Part shown: positions 40,846 through 53,800 of the stretch, piece by piece | Layout: each line of letters starts with the position of its first letter | Numbering within the stretch: the stretch's first letter is position 1 | Assembly: GCA_964016885.1 (NCBI GenBank) | Contig: OZ024740.1 | Location: forward strand, 424,576,001-424,640,000 | Source: Eledone cirrhosa | Taxonomy: Eukaryota | Length of the DNA: 64,000 nt | Reading direction: 5' to 3' | Notes under the pieces: generated by a model | Databases searched by the model: none | Told to the model about the DNA's origin: nothing | Seen by the model: only the letters and a program-made list of their open reading frames with translations | Program-made: the position numbers and the translations under genes

Positions 40846-41069
40846 CTGCCACGCTTTTCTTAAATTCCCTCTTCTCTATATTTGGTGCCGTGTGCAAATT
40901 TATCGTTCGGTTCAGTTTCGTCTGAACTCTACAATTGTCTCCTCGTGTCGCCTTTATCGCTTCTATTATCATGTCTTCCTTCATTTCCACTATTCTCTCC
41001 ATGTGTTATTCTAGCAGGTTCTCCATCAGTTTGTTACGGTTTTCTTTGATGATCAGCATGTAACTGACC

Positions 41070-41252
41070 CTCCGTCAGTTACGACGACGAGTCTTCCAGT
41101 TGACCCGATCAACAGAACAGCCTGCTCGTGAAATTAATGTACAGTGGCTAAGAATTCCACAGACACGTGTACCCTTAACGTAGTTCTCAGGGAGATTCAG
41201 TGTGACACAATATGTAACAAGGTTGGCCCTTCGAATTACAGGTACAACTCAT
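41070..41252 (-). mobile_element. SINE fragment, possibly Nin/Deu-like domain
   Basis: Minus gtgtctgtgga...taatttcacgagcaggctgttctgttgatcgggtcaactgg. The family assignment is from recall only. Confidence 0.45.
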
Positions 41253-41539
41253 CTTTATATATTTAAAAAAAAACACATTATACATAACAAAAAAATAAAT
41301 TTCTAAAAATCCCATATGTTATCAAATAAATAGGATGGGGGGGGGGGGTGTCTCAATATGTAAACTAAACGAGTAATTCTGGTTTTAAAAAAAAAATCAA
41401 CGGAGACAACCTAAAAAAATTACTGATTACTCCTACCTCCACCCCCACTTATCCCGATACCCACTTCAATTATTTGTGACCCAAGAGTATATAAATTCTG
41501 AAATGTGTTCTTCCTATTTATAAACCTAGCTGTGTTACG

Positions 41540-41705
41540 GGTCGGGCGCCATGCTTTGCAGCATAGAGTTACGCCCCTTTACGGTCTGAGTTCATATCCG
41601 GCCGAGGTTTACTTTGCCTTTCATCCTTACGGGGTCGATAAAATAAAATACCAGTAATGCACTGGAGTAATTGCTGGCTTTGTGCCAAAAGTAGAAACAA
41701 TTATT
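41540..41705 (+). mobile_element. Meta-like SINE
   Basis: Core and agtagaaacaattatt tail. Confidence 0.82.
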
Positions 41706-42279
41706 TCAGGAAGACTTATCCGTAGTTTCTTGTAGAACGTAAGATCTCGTAGAGATTTCTTTCGTTGGGTCAGCTATAATCATTTAATCTCTTTGGACAT
41801 CAGTGAAATATTTATCTCGCTGTTATGCCTGTTGCTATTGTTGTTTAGCCCCTGGTCATACATGGTTGAACAAACAGATCGATGATCAAAAGTGTTTTCG
41901 TTGGGGTTATCTTGTCTTTGTTTAAAGTGTGTAATGTTTTCAGGATTACACACTTTAAACAAAGATGAGATAAACACTATTAGAAACGTCTTTGATCGTA
42001 GGGCTTTATATTGGATGCATATGTCTCTATAAGATATGTGTGTAGCTTGAGGGAGATTTGGCTGCTATTTCTACAACGTCTATTTTATAGATGGTGATTG
42101 GTTTGTTGATGTTATTGTTGTTCAGTGTGAGGTCAGTTGTGATTAAAGCAATCTCTAATAAAAAAGAGGTCCTATCATAACTATAGTGTTTTTCTTATTC
42201 TTTAATCTACTAGAATGCTATATAGAGGGTGTTTGGCTGCTTGTTCTAGCAGATCACCCAGCAAACTTGACGTGTTAGG

Positions 42280-45200
42280 GTGGTTGTAGGTGTGGTTGTT
42301 GTAGTGATGGCGGTGGTTGTAGTTATGGTGGTGATTGTAGTGATGGCGGTGGTGGTTGTAGTGTGGGTGGTAGTTGTTGTAGTGATGGTGGTTGTGGTTG
42401 TAGTGACGGTAGCGGTGGTAGTAGTGTGGGTGGTGGTTGTTGTAGTGATGGTGGTGGTGGTTGTAGTGATGGTGGTGGTGGTTGTAGTGATGGTGGTGGT
42501 TGTTGTAGTGATGGTGGTGGTTGTTGTAGTGATGGTGGTGGTGGTTGTAGTGGTGGTGGTGGTGGTTGTAGTGATGGTGGTGGTTGTTGTAGTGATGGTA
42601 TTGGTGGTTGTAGTGATGGTGGTGGTGGTTGTAGTGATGGTGGTGGTGGTTGTAGTGATGGTGGTGGTGGTTGTAGTGATGGTGGTGGTGGTTGTAGTGA
42701 TGGTGGTGGTGGTGGATGTAGTGATGGTGGTGGTTGTTGTAGTGATGGTGGTGGTTGTTGTAGTGATGGTGGTGGTTGTGGTAGTGATGGTGGTGGTTGT
42801 TGTAGTGGTGGTGGTGGTTGTTGTAGTGATGGTGGTGGTTGTTGTAGTGATGGTGGTGGTTGTTGTAGTGATGGTGGTGGTGGTTGTAGTGATGGTGGTG
42901 GTGGTTGTAGTGATGGTGGTGGTGGTTGTAGTGATGGTGGTGGTGGTTGTAGTGATGGTGGTGGTGGTTGTAGTGGTGGTGGTGGTGGTGGATGTAGTGA
43001 TGGTGGTGGTTGTTGTAGTGATGGTGGTGGTGGTTGTAGTGATGGTGGTGGTTGTTGTAGTGATGGTGGTGGTTGTTGTAGTGATGGTGGTGGTGGTTGT
43101 AGTGGTGGTGGTGGTGGTTGTAGTGATGGTGGTGGTTGTTGTAGTGATGGTATTGGTGGTTGTAGTGATGGTGGTGGTGGTTGTAGTGATGGTGGTGGTG
43201 GTTGTAGTGATGGTGGTGGTTGTTGTAGTGATGGTATTGGTGGTTGTAGTGATGGTGGTGGTGGTTGTAGTGATGGTGGTGGTGGTTGTAGTGATGGTGG
43301 TGGTTGTTGTAGTGATGGTGGTGGTTGTTGTAGTGATGGTGGTGGTGGTTGTAGTGATGGTGGTGGTTGTTGTAGTGATGGTGGTGGTTGTAGTGGTGGT
43401 GGTGGTGGTGGATGTAGTGATGGTGGTGGTTGTTGTAGTGATGGTGGTGGTTGTTGTAGTGATGGTGGTGGTTGTTGTAGTGATGGTGCTGGTGGTTGTA
43501 GTGATGGTGGTGGTGGTTGTAGTGATGGTGGTGGTTGTTGTAGTGGTGGTGGTGGTTGTTGTAGTGATGGTGGTGGTGGTTGTAGTGATGGTGGTTGTGG
43601 TTGTAGTGATGGTGGTGGTGGTGGTGGTTGTAGTGATGGTGGTGGTTGTTGTAGTGATGGTGGTGGTTGTTGTAGTGGTGGTGGTGGTTGTGGTAGTGAT
43701 GGTGGTGGTTGTTGTAGTGATGGTGGTGGTTGTTGTAGTGATGGTGGTGGTTGTTGTAGTGATGGTGGTAGTTGTTGTAGTGGTGGTGGTGGTTGTGGTA
43801 GTGATGGTGGTGGTTGTTGTAGTGATGGTGGTGGTGGTGGTGGTTGTAGTGATGGTGGTGATGGTTGTAGTGATGGTGGTGGTGGTTGTAGTGATGGTGG
43901 TGGTGGTTGTAGTGATGGTGGTGGTGGTTGTAGTGATGGTGGTGGTGGTTGTAGTGATGGTGGTGGTTATTGTAGTGATGGTGGTGGTTGTTGTAGTGAT
44001 GGTGGTGGTTGTTGTAGTGATGGTGGTGGTGGTTGTAGTGGTGGCGGTGGTTGTTGTAGTGGTGGTGGTGGTTGTTGTAGTGATGGTGGTGGTTGTTGTA
44101 GTGGTGGTGGTGGTTGTGGTAGTGATGGTGGTGGTTGTTGTAGTGATGGTGGTGGTTGTTGTAGTGATGGTATTGGTGGTTGTAGTGATGGTGGTGGTTG
44201 TTGTAGTGATGGTGGTGGTTGTTGTAGTGATGGTGGTGGTGGTTGTAGTGATGGTGGTGGTTGTTGTAGTGATGGTGGTGGTTGTAGTGGTGGTGGTGGT
44301 GGTGGATGTAGTGATGGTGGTGGTTGTTGTAGTGATGGTGGTGGTTGTTGTAGTGATGGTGGTGGTTGTTGTAGTGATGGTGCTGGTGGTTGTAGTGATG
44401 GTGGTGGTGGTTGTAGTGATGGTGGTGGTTGTTGTAGTGGTGGTGGTGGTTGTTGTAGTGATGGTGGTGGTGGTTGTAGTGATGGTGGTTGTGGTTGTAG
44501 TGATGGTGGTGGTGGTGGTGGTTGTAGTGATGGTGGTGGTTGTTGTAGTGATGGTGGTGGTTGTTGTAGTGGTGGTGGTGGTTGTGGTAGTGATGGTGGT
44601 GGTTGTTGTAGTGATGGTGGTGGTTGTTGTAGTGATGGTGGTGGTTGTTGTAGTGATGGTGGTAGTTGTTGTAGTGGTGGTGGTGGTTGTGGTAGTGATG
44701 GTGGTGGTTGTTGTAGTGATGGTGGTGGTGGTGGTGGTTGTAGTGATGGTGGTGGTTGTTGTAGTGATGGTGGTGGTGGTTGTAGTGATGGTGGTGGTTG
44801 TTGTAGTGATGGTGGTGGTTGTTGTAGTGGTGGTGGTGGTTGTTGTAGTGATGGTGGTGGTTGCTGTAGTGATGGTGGTGGTTGTTGTAGTGATGGTGGT
44901 GGTGGTTGTAGTGATGGTGGTGGTGGTTGTAGTGATGGTGGTGGTTGTTGTAGTGATGGTGGTGATGGTTGTAGTGATGGTGGTGGTGGTTGTAGTGATG
45001 GTGGTGGTGGTTGTAGTGATGGTGGTGGTGGTTGTAGTGATGGTGGTGGTGGTTGTAGTGATGGTGGTGGTTATTGTAGTGATGGTGGTGGTTGTTGTAG
45101 TGATGGTGGTGGTTGTTGTAGTGATGGTGGTGGTGGTTGTAGTGGTGGCGGTGGTTGTTGTAGTGGTGGTGGTGGTTGTTGTAGTGATGGTGGTGGTTGT

Positions 45201-48200
45201 TGTAGTGGTGGTGGTGGTTGTGGTAGTGATGGTGGTGGTTGTTGTAGTGATGGTGGTGGTTGTTGTAGTGATGGTATTGGTGGTTGTAGTGATGGTGGTG
45301 GTTATTGTAGTAATGGTGGTGGTAGTTGTAGTGATGGTGGTGGTGGTGGTTGTAGTGATGTTATTGGTGGTTGTAGTGATGGTGGTGGTTGTTGTAGTGA
45401 TGGTGGTGGTTGTTGTAGTGATGGTGGTGGTGGTTGTAGTGGTGGTTGTGGTGGTTGTAGTGATGGTGGTGGTGGTTGTAGTGATGGTGGTGGTGGTTGT
45501 AGTGATGGTGGTGGTGGTGGTTGTAGTGATGGTGGTGGTGGTTGTAGTGATGGTGGTGGTGGTTGTAGTGATGGTGGTGGTGGTTGTAGTGATGGTGGTG
45601 GTTATTGTAGTGATGGTGGTGGTGGTTGTAGTGATGGTGGTGGTGGTGGTTGTAGTGATGGTATTGGTGGTTGTAGTGATGGTGGTGGTTGTTGTAGTGA
45701 TGGTGGTGGTTGTTGTAGTGGTGGTTGTAGTGATGGTGGTGGTTGTTGTAGTGATGGTGGTGGTGGTTGTAGTGGTGGTTGTAGTGATGGTGGTGGTGGT
45801 TGTAGTGATGGTGGTGGTGGTTGTAGTGATGGTGGTGGTGGTTGTAGTGATGGTGGTGGTGGTTGTAGTGATGGTGGTGGTGGTTGTAGTGATGGTGGTG
45901 GTGGTTGTAGTGATGGTGGTGGTTATTGTAGTGATGGTGGTGGTGGTTGTAGTGATGGTGGTGGTTGTTGTAGTGATGGTGGTGGTGGTTGTAGTGATGG
46001 TGGTGGTTGTGGTAGTGATGGTGGTGGTTATTGTAGTGATGGTGGTGGTGGTTGTAGTGAGGGTGGTGGTGGTTGTAGTGATGGTGGTGGTGGTTGTAGT
46101 GATGGTGGTGGTGGTTGTAGTGATGGTGGTGGTTATTGTAGTGATGGTGGTGGTGGTTGTAGTGATGGTGGTGGTGGTTGTAGTGATGGTGGTGGTGGTT
46201 GTAGTGATGGTGGTGGTGGTTGTAGTGATGGTGGTGGTGGTTGTAGTGATGGTGGTGGTTATTGTAGTGATGGTGGTGGTGGTTGTAGTGATGGTGGTGG
46301 TGGTTGTAGTGATGGTGGTGGTGGTTGTAGTGATGGTGGTGGTTGTTGTAGTGATGGTGGTGGTGGTTGTAGTGATGGTGGTGGTGGTTGTAGTGATGGT
46401 GGTGGTGGTTGTAGTGATGGTGGTGGTGGTTGTAGTGATGGTGGTGGTGGTTGTAGTGATGGTGGTGGTGGTTGTAGTGATGGTGGTGGTTATTGTAGTG
46501 ATGGTGGTGGTGGTTGTAGTGATGGTGGTGGTGGTTGTAGTGATGGTGGTGGTGGTTGTAGTGATGGTGGTGGTGGCTGTAGTGATGATGGTGGTGGTTG
46601 TAGTGATGGTGGTTGTAGTGGTGGTTGTAGTGATGGTGGTGGTGGTTGTAGTGATGGTGGTGGTGGTTGTAGTGATGGTGGTGGTTGTTGTAGTGATGGT
46701 GGTGGTTGTTGTAGTGATGGTGGTGGTGGTTGTAGTGATGGTGGTGGTGGTTGTAGTGATGGTGGTGGTGGTTGTAGTGATGGTGGTGGTGGTTGTAGTG
46801 ATGGTGGTGGTGGTTGTAATGGTGGTTGTAGTGATGGTGGTGGTGGTTGTAGTGATGGTGGTGGTGGTTGTAGTGATGGTGGTGGTTGTTGTAGTGATAG
46901 TGGTGGTGGTTGTAGTGATGGTGGTGGTGGTTGTAGTGATGGTGGTGGTGGTTGTAGTGATGGTGGTGGTGGTTGTAGTGATGTTGGTGGTGGTTGTAGT
47001 GATGGTGGTGGTGGTTGTAGTGATGGTGGTGGTGGTTGTAGTGATGGTGGTGGTTATTGTAGTGATGGTGGTGGTGGTTGTAGTGATGGTGGTGGTGGTT
47101 GTAGTGATGGTGGTGGTGGTTGTAGTGATGGTGGTGGTGGTTGTAGTGATGGTGGTGGTTATTGTAGTGCTGGTGGTGGTGGTTGTAGTGATGGTGGTGG
47201 TGGTTGTAGTGATGGTGGTGGTGGTTGTAGTGATGGTGGTGGTGGTTGTAGTGATGGTGGTGGTGGTTGTAGTGATGGTGGTGGTGGTTGTAGTGATGGT
47301 GGTGGTTATTGTAGTGATGGTGGTGGTGGTTGTAGTGATGGTGGTGGTGGTTGTAGTGATGGTGGTGGTGGTTGTAGTGATGGTGGTGGTGGTTGTAGTG
47401 ATGGTGGTGGTGGTTATAGTGATGGTGGTGGTGGTTGTAGTGATGGTGGTGGTGGTTGTAGTGGTGGTTGTAGTGATGGTGGTGGTGGTTGTAGTGATGG
47501 TGGTGGTGGTTGTAGTGATGGTGGTGGTTGTTGTAGTGATAGTGGTGGTGGTTGTAGTGATGGTGGTGGTGGTTGTAGTGATGGTGGTGGTGGTTGTAGT
47601 GATGGTGGTGGTGGTTGTAGTGATGGTGGTGGTGGTTGTAGTGATGGTGGTGGTGGTTGTAGTGATGTTGATGGTGGTTGTATTGATGGTGGTGGTTATT
47701 GTAGTGATGGTGGTGGTGGTTGTAGTGATGGTGGTGATGGTTGTAGTGATGGTGGTGGTGGTTGTAGTGATGGTGGTGGTTGTGGTAGTGATGGTGGTGG
47801 TTGTTGTAGTGATGGTGGTGTTTGTTGTAGTGATGGTGGTGGTTGTTGTAGTGATGGTGGTGGCGGTTGTAGTGATGGTGGTGGTGGTTGTTGTGATGGT
47901 GGTGGTGGTTGTAGTGATGGTGGTGGTGGTTGTAGTGATGGTGGTGGTGGTTGTAGTGATGGAGGTGGTTGTTGTAGTGATGGTGGTGGTTGTTGTAGTG
48001 ATGGTGGTGGTGGTTGTAGTGATGGTGGTGGTGGTTGTAGTGATGGTGGTGGTGGTTGTAGTGATGGTGGTGGTGGTTGTAGTGATGGTGGTGGTTGTTG
48101 TAGTGATGGTGGTGGTTGTTGTAGTGATGGTGGTGGTGGTTGTAGTGATGGTGGTGGTTGTTGTAGTGATGGTGGTGGTTATTGTAGTGATGGTGGTGGT

Positions 48201-50272
48201 TATTGTAGTGATGGTGGTGGTGGTTGTAGTGATGGTGGTGGTGGTTGTAGTGATGTTGGTGGTGGTTGTAGTGATGGTGGTGTTTGTTGTAGTGATGGTG
48301 GTGGTGGTTGTAGTGATGGTGGTGGTGGTTGTAGTGATGGTGGTGGTGGTTGTAGTGATGGTGGTGGTTGTTGTAGTGATGGTGGTGGTTATTGTAGTGA
48401 TGGTGGTGGTTATTGTAGTGATGGTGGTGGTGGTGGTGGTTGTAGTGATGGTGGTGGTTGTTGTAGTGATGGTGGTGTTTGTTGTAGTGATGGTGGTGGT
48501 GGTTGTAGTGATGGTGGTGGTGGTTGTAGTGATGGTGGTGGTGGTTGTAGTGATGGTGGTGGTGGTTGTAGTGGTGGTTGTAGTGATGGTGGTGGTGGTT
48601 GTAGTGGTGGTGGTGGTTGTTGTAGTGATGGTGGTGGTGGTTGTAGTGATGGTGGTGGTGGTTGTAGTGATGGTGGTGGTTATTGTAGTGATGGTGGTGG
48701 TTGTTGCAGTGATGGTGGTGGTTATTGTAGTGATGGTGGTGGTTGTTGCAGTGATGGTGGTGGTTGTTGTAGTGATGGTGGTGGTTATTGTAGTGATGGT
48801 GGTGGTTCTTGTAGTGATGGTGGTGGTTATTGTAGTGATGGTGGTGGTTGTTGCAGTGATGGTGGTGGTTGTTGTAGTGATGGTGGTGGTGGTTGTAGTG
48901 GTGGTGGTTATTGTAGTGATGGTGGTGGTTGTTGTAGTGATGGTGGTGGTTGTTGTAGTGATGACGGTGCTGGTTGTAGTGATGGTGGTGTTTGTTGTAG
49001 TGATGGTGGTGGTGGTTGTAGTGATGGTGGTGGTGGTTGTAGTGATGGTGGTGGTTGTGGTAGTGATGGTGGTGGTTGTTGTAGTGATGGTGGTGGTTAT
49101 TGTAGTGATGGTGGTGGTGGTTGTAGTGATGGTGGTGGTGGTTGTAGTGATGGTGGTGGTTGTGGTAGTGATGCTGGTGGTTGTTGTAGTGATGGTGGTG
49201 GTTATTGTAGTGATGGTGGTGGTGGTTGTAGTGATGGTGGTGGTGGTTGTAGTGATGGTGGTGGTTGTTGTAGTGATGGTGGTGGTGGTTGTAGTGATGG
49301 TGGTGGTTGTTGTAGTGATGGTGGTGGTTGTTGTAGTGGTGGTGGTTATTGTAGTGATGGTGGTGGTTGTTGTAGTGATGGTGGTGGTTGTTGTAGTGAT
49401 GGCGGTGCTGGTTGTAGTGATGGTGGTGGTTATTGTAGTGATGGTGGTGGTTATTGTAGTGATGGTGGTGGTGGTTGTAGTGATGGTGGTGGTGGTTGTA
49501 GTGATGGTGGTGGTGGTCGTAGTGATGGTGGTTGGTGTTGTAGTGATGGTGGTGGTGGTTGTAGTGATGGTGGTGGTGGTTGTAGTGATGGTGGTGGTGG
49601 TTGTAGTGATGGTGGTGGTTGTTGTAGTGATGGTGGTGGTGGTTGTAGTGATGGTGGTGGTTGTTGTAGTGATGGTGGTGGTTGTTGTAGTGATGGTGGT
49701 GGTTGTTGTGGTGATGGTGGTGGTGGTTGTAGTGATGGTGGTGGTTGTTGTAGTGATGGTGGTGGTGGTTGTAGTGATGGTGGTGGTGGTTGTAGTGATG
49801 GTGGTGGTTGTTGTAGTGATGGTGGTGGTGGTTGTAGTGATGGTGGTGGTGGTTGTAGTGATGGTGGTGGTGGTTGTAGTGATGGTGGTGGTGGTTGTAG
49901 TGATGGTGGTGGTGGTTGTAGTGATGGTGGTGGTTGTTGTAGTGATGGTGGTGGTTGTTGTAGTGATGGTGGTGGTTGTTGTAGTGATGGTGGTGGTTGT
50001 TGTAGTGATGGTGGTGGTGGTTGTAGTGATGGTGGTGGTTGTTGTAGTGATGGTGGTGGTGGTTGTAGTGATGGTGGTGGTGGTTGTAGTGATGGTGGTG
50101 GTTGTTGTAGTGATGGTGGTGGTGGTTGTAGTGATGGTGGTGGTGGTTGTAGTGATGGTGGTGGTGGTTGTAGTGATGGTGGTGGTGGTTGTAGTGATGG
50201 TGGTGGTGGTTGTAGTGATGGTGGTGGTGGTTGTAGTGATGGTGGTGGTGGTTGTAGTGATGGTGGTGGTTG
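42280..50272. repeat. 8-kb 21-bp minisatellite
   Basis: Unit tgtagtgatggtggtggt(g/t)gt, open in three frames. Confidence 0.95.
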
Positions 50273-50279
50273 TGGGGAT

Positions 50280-50690
50280 AATAATTGTTTCTACATTTGG
50301 CAGAAGTTCAGCAATTTGAAAGGAAGAGTAAAGTCGAATAATTCGACACCAGTACATTACTGGTAATTTATTTTATCGACCCCGTCAGGATGAAAGGCAA
50401 AGCTAACCTTGGGGCGGCATCTGAACTCAGAACGCAAATGGCCGTAATTCTATGCCACAAGCATATTGTTCGACGCTCTACCCATTTTACCAAGCAGCCG
50501 CTCTAATCGTTAAAACTGATTGTTTTTACTTTTTGTACAAGGCTAGTAATTTGAAGGGAAGAGTAAAGTCGAATAAAGGACACCAGAGCGTTACTGGTAC
50601 TTTATTTTACCTACCCCGTAAGGATGGAAGTCTAAGCTAACCTTGGAGGAACTTGAACTGAGAACGGAAAGGGTCATAACTCTATGCCGC
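50280..50690 (-). mobile_element. Two tandem Meta-like SINE copies
   Basis: Reverse-complement cores at ~50355-50435 and ~50590-50665. Confidence 0.78.
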
Positions 50691-50809
50691 ATGGTGATAA
50701 TGATAATAGTTATGGTATCCCTTTATAATGTGTTATTTTCGGTATATTTGGTCGTTATTTCTAGCAGTTAAATGACCATGTAGTGCTTCCCTTATGGCGA
50801 TATAAAATG

Positions 50810-53800
50810 GTGGTGGTAGTGTCGGCTGTTGTGGTAGTGGTAGTGTTGGTGGTTGTGGTAGTGGTAGTGCTGGTGGTTGTGGTGGTGGTAGTGTTGGTTG
50901 TTGTGATAGTGATAATGTTGGTGATTGTGGTAGCGGTAGTGTCGGGGGTTGTGATGGTGGTAGTGTTGGTTATTGTGGTGGTGGTAGTGTCGGCTGTTGA
51001 GGTAGTGGTAGTGTTGGTGGTTGTGGTAGTGGTTGTGTTGGCTGTTGTGGTAGAGGTAGTGTTGGTTGTTGTGGTAGTGGTAGTGTTGGCTGTTGTGGTG
51101 GTGGTAGTGTTGCTGGTTTTGGTGGTGGTAGTGTTGGCTGTTGTGGTAGAGTTGTTGGTTGTGGTAGTGTTAGTGTTGGTTGTTGTGGTGGTGGTAGTGT
51201 TGGTGGTTGTGGTAGTGGTTGTGTTGGTTGTTGTGGTAGTGGTAGTGTTGGTTGTTTTGGTGGTGGTAGTGTTGGTTGTTGTGGTAAAGGTAGTGTTGGC
51301 TGTTGTGGTAGTGGTAGTGTTGGTTGTTGTGGTAGTGTTGGTGGTAGTGGTAGTGGTAGTGTTGGTTGTTATGGTAGTGGTAGTGTTGGTGATTGTGGTA
51401 GTGGTAGTTTTGGTTGTTGTGGTAGTGGTAGTGTTGGCTGTTGTGGTAGCGGTAGTGTTGGCTGTTGTGGTGGTGGTAGTATTTGTTGTTGTGGTAGTGG
51501 TAGTGTTGGCTGTTGTGGTGGTGGTAGTGTTGGTTGTTGTGGTAGTGGTAGTGTTGGTTGTTGTGGGGGTGGTAGTGTTGGCTGTTGTGGTAGTGGTAGA
51601 GTTGGTGGTTGTGGTAGTGGTAGTGTTGGCTGTTGTAGTGGTGGTAGTGTTGGTTGTCGTGGTAGTGGTAATGTTGGTTGTTGTGGTGATGGTAGTGTTG
51701 GCGGTTGTGGTAGTAGTAGTATTGGTTGTTGTGGTGGTGGTAGTATTATTGTGATAGTCGTAGTGTTGGTTGTTGTGGTATTGTTTGTTGTTGTGTGGTG
51801 GTAGTATTGGCTGTTGTGGTAGTGGTTGTGGTTGTGGTAGTGTTGGCTGTTGTGGTAGAGTTGGTGGTTGTGGTAGTGGTAGTGTTGGTTGTTGTGGTGG
51901 TGGTAGTGTTGGTGGTTGTGGTAGTGGTTGAGGTGGTTATTGTGGTAGTGGTAGTGTTGTTTGTTGTGGTGGTGGAAGTGTTGGTTGTTGTGGTACTGGT
52001 AGTGTTGGCTGTTGTGGTAGTGGTAGTGTTGGTTGTTATGGTAGTGGTAGTGTTGGTTGTTGTGGTAGTGGTAGTGTTGGTGGTAGTGGTAGTATTGGTT
52101 GTTGTGGTAGTGGTAGTCTTGGTTTTTGTGGTGGTGGTAGTGTTGGTTGTTGTGGTAGTGGTAGTATTGGCTGTTGTGGTAGTGGTAGTGTTGGCTGTTG
52201 TGGTAGTGGTAGTGTTGGTTGTTATGGTAGTGGTAGTTTTGGCTGTTGTAGTGGTGGTAGTGTTGGTTGTCGTGGTAGTTGTAGTATTGGTTGTTGTGGT
52301 GTGGTAGTATTGGCTATTGTGATAGTGGTAGTGTTGGTTGTTGTGGTGGTGGTAGTATTGGCTGTTGTGGTAGTGGTAGTGTTGGTTATTGTGGTAGTGG
52401 TAGTATTGGTTGTTGTGGTAGTGGTAGTATTGGTTGTTGTGGTGGTGGTAGTGTTCGTTCTTGTGGTACAGGTAGTATTGATTGTTGTGGTAGTGGTATT
52501 GTTGGTTGTTGTGGTAGTGGTAGTGTTGGTTGTTGTCGTAGTCGTAGTGTTGGTTATTGTGGTAGTGGTATTGTTGGTTGTTGTGGTAGTCATAGTGTTG
52601 GTTGTTGTGGTAGTGGTAGTATTGCTTGTTGTGGTAGTGGTAGTGTTGGTGGTTGTGGTAGTGGTAGTGTTGGTGGTAGTGTTGGTTATTGTGGTAGTGG
52701 TAGTGTTGTTTGTTGTGGTGGTGGTAGTGTTGGTTGTTTTTGTGGTGGTAGTGTTGGTTGTTGTGGTGGTGGTAGAGTTGGCTGTTGTGGTGGTGGTAGT
52801 ATTGGTTGTTATGGTAGTGGTAGTGTTGGTTGTTGTGGTGGTGGTAGTGTTGGTTGTTGTGGTAGTGGTATTGTTGGTTGTTGTGGTAGTGGTAGTATTG
52901 GTTGCTGTGGTAGTGGTATTATTTGTTGTTGTGGTAGTGGTAGTGTTGGTTGTTGTGGTAGAGTTGGTGGTTGTGGTAGTGGTAGTGTTGGTTGTTGTGG
53001 TGGTGGTAGCGTTGGTGGTTGTGGTAGTGGTTGTGGTGATTATTGTGGTAGTGGTAGTATTGGTTGTTGTGGTGGTGGTAGTGTTGGTGGTTGTGGTAGT
53101 GGTAGTATTGGTTGTTGTGGTGGTGGTAGTATTCGTTGTTGTGGTAGTGTTGGTGGTTGTGGTAGTGGTATTATTGGTTGTTGTGGTAGTGGTAGTATTG
53201 GTTGTTGTGGTAGTGGTATTGTTGGTTATTGTGGTAGTGGTAGTATTGGTTGTTGTGGTAGTGGTAGTGTTGGTTGTTGTGGTGGTGGTAGTGTTGGTTG
53301 TTGTGATAGTGATAATGTTGGTGATTGTGGTAGCGGTAGTGTCGGGGGTTGTGATGGTGGTAGTGTTGGTTATTGTGGTGGTGGTAGTGTCGGCTGTTGA
53401 GGTAGTGGTAGTGTTGGTGGTTGTGGTAGTGGTTGTGTTGGCTGTTGTGGTAGAGGTAGTGTTGGTTGTTGTGGTAGTGGTAGTGTTGGCTGTTGTGGTG
53501 GTGGTAGTGTTGCTGGTTTTGGTGGTGGTAGTGTTGGCTGTTGTGGTAGAGTTGTTGGTTGTGGTAGTGTTAGTGTTGGTTGTTGTGGTGGTGGTAGTGT
53601 TGGTGGTTGTGGTAGTGGTTGTGTTGGTTGTTGTGGTAGTGGTAGTGTTGGTTGTTTTGGTGGTGGTAGTGTTGGTTGTTGTGGTAAAGGTAGTGTTGGC
53701 TGTTGTGGTAGTGGTAGTGTTGGTTGTTGTGGTAGTGTTGGTGGTAGTGGTAGTGGTAGTGTTGGTTGTTATGGTAGTGGTAGTGTTGGTGATTGTGGTA

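Noticed and set aside
40366-41035. Charged minus-strand peptide fragments (MERIVEMKED..., [15 protein letters not shown])
   Set aside because: Interrupted by stops and a microsatellite; no family could be assigned
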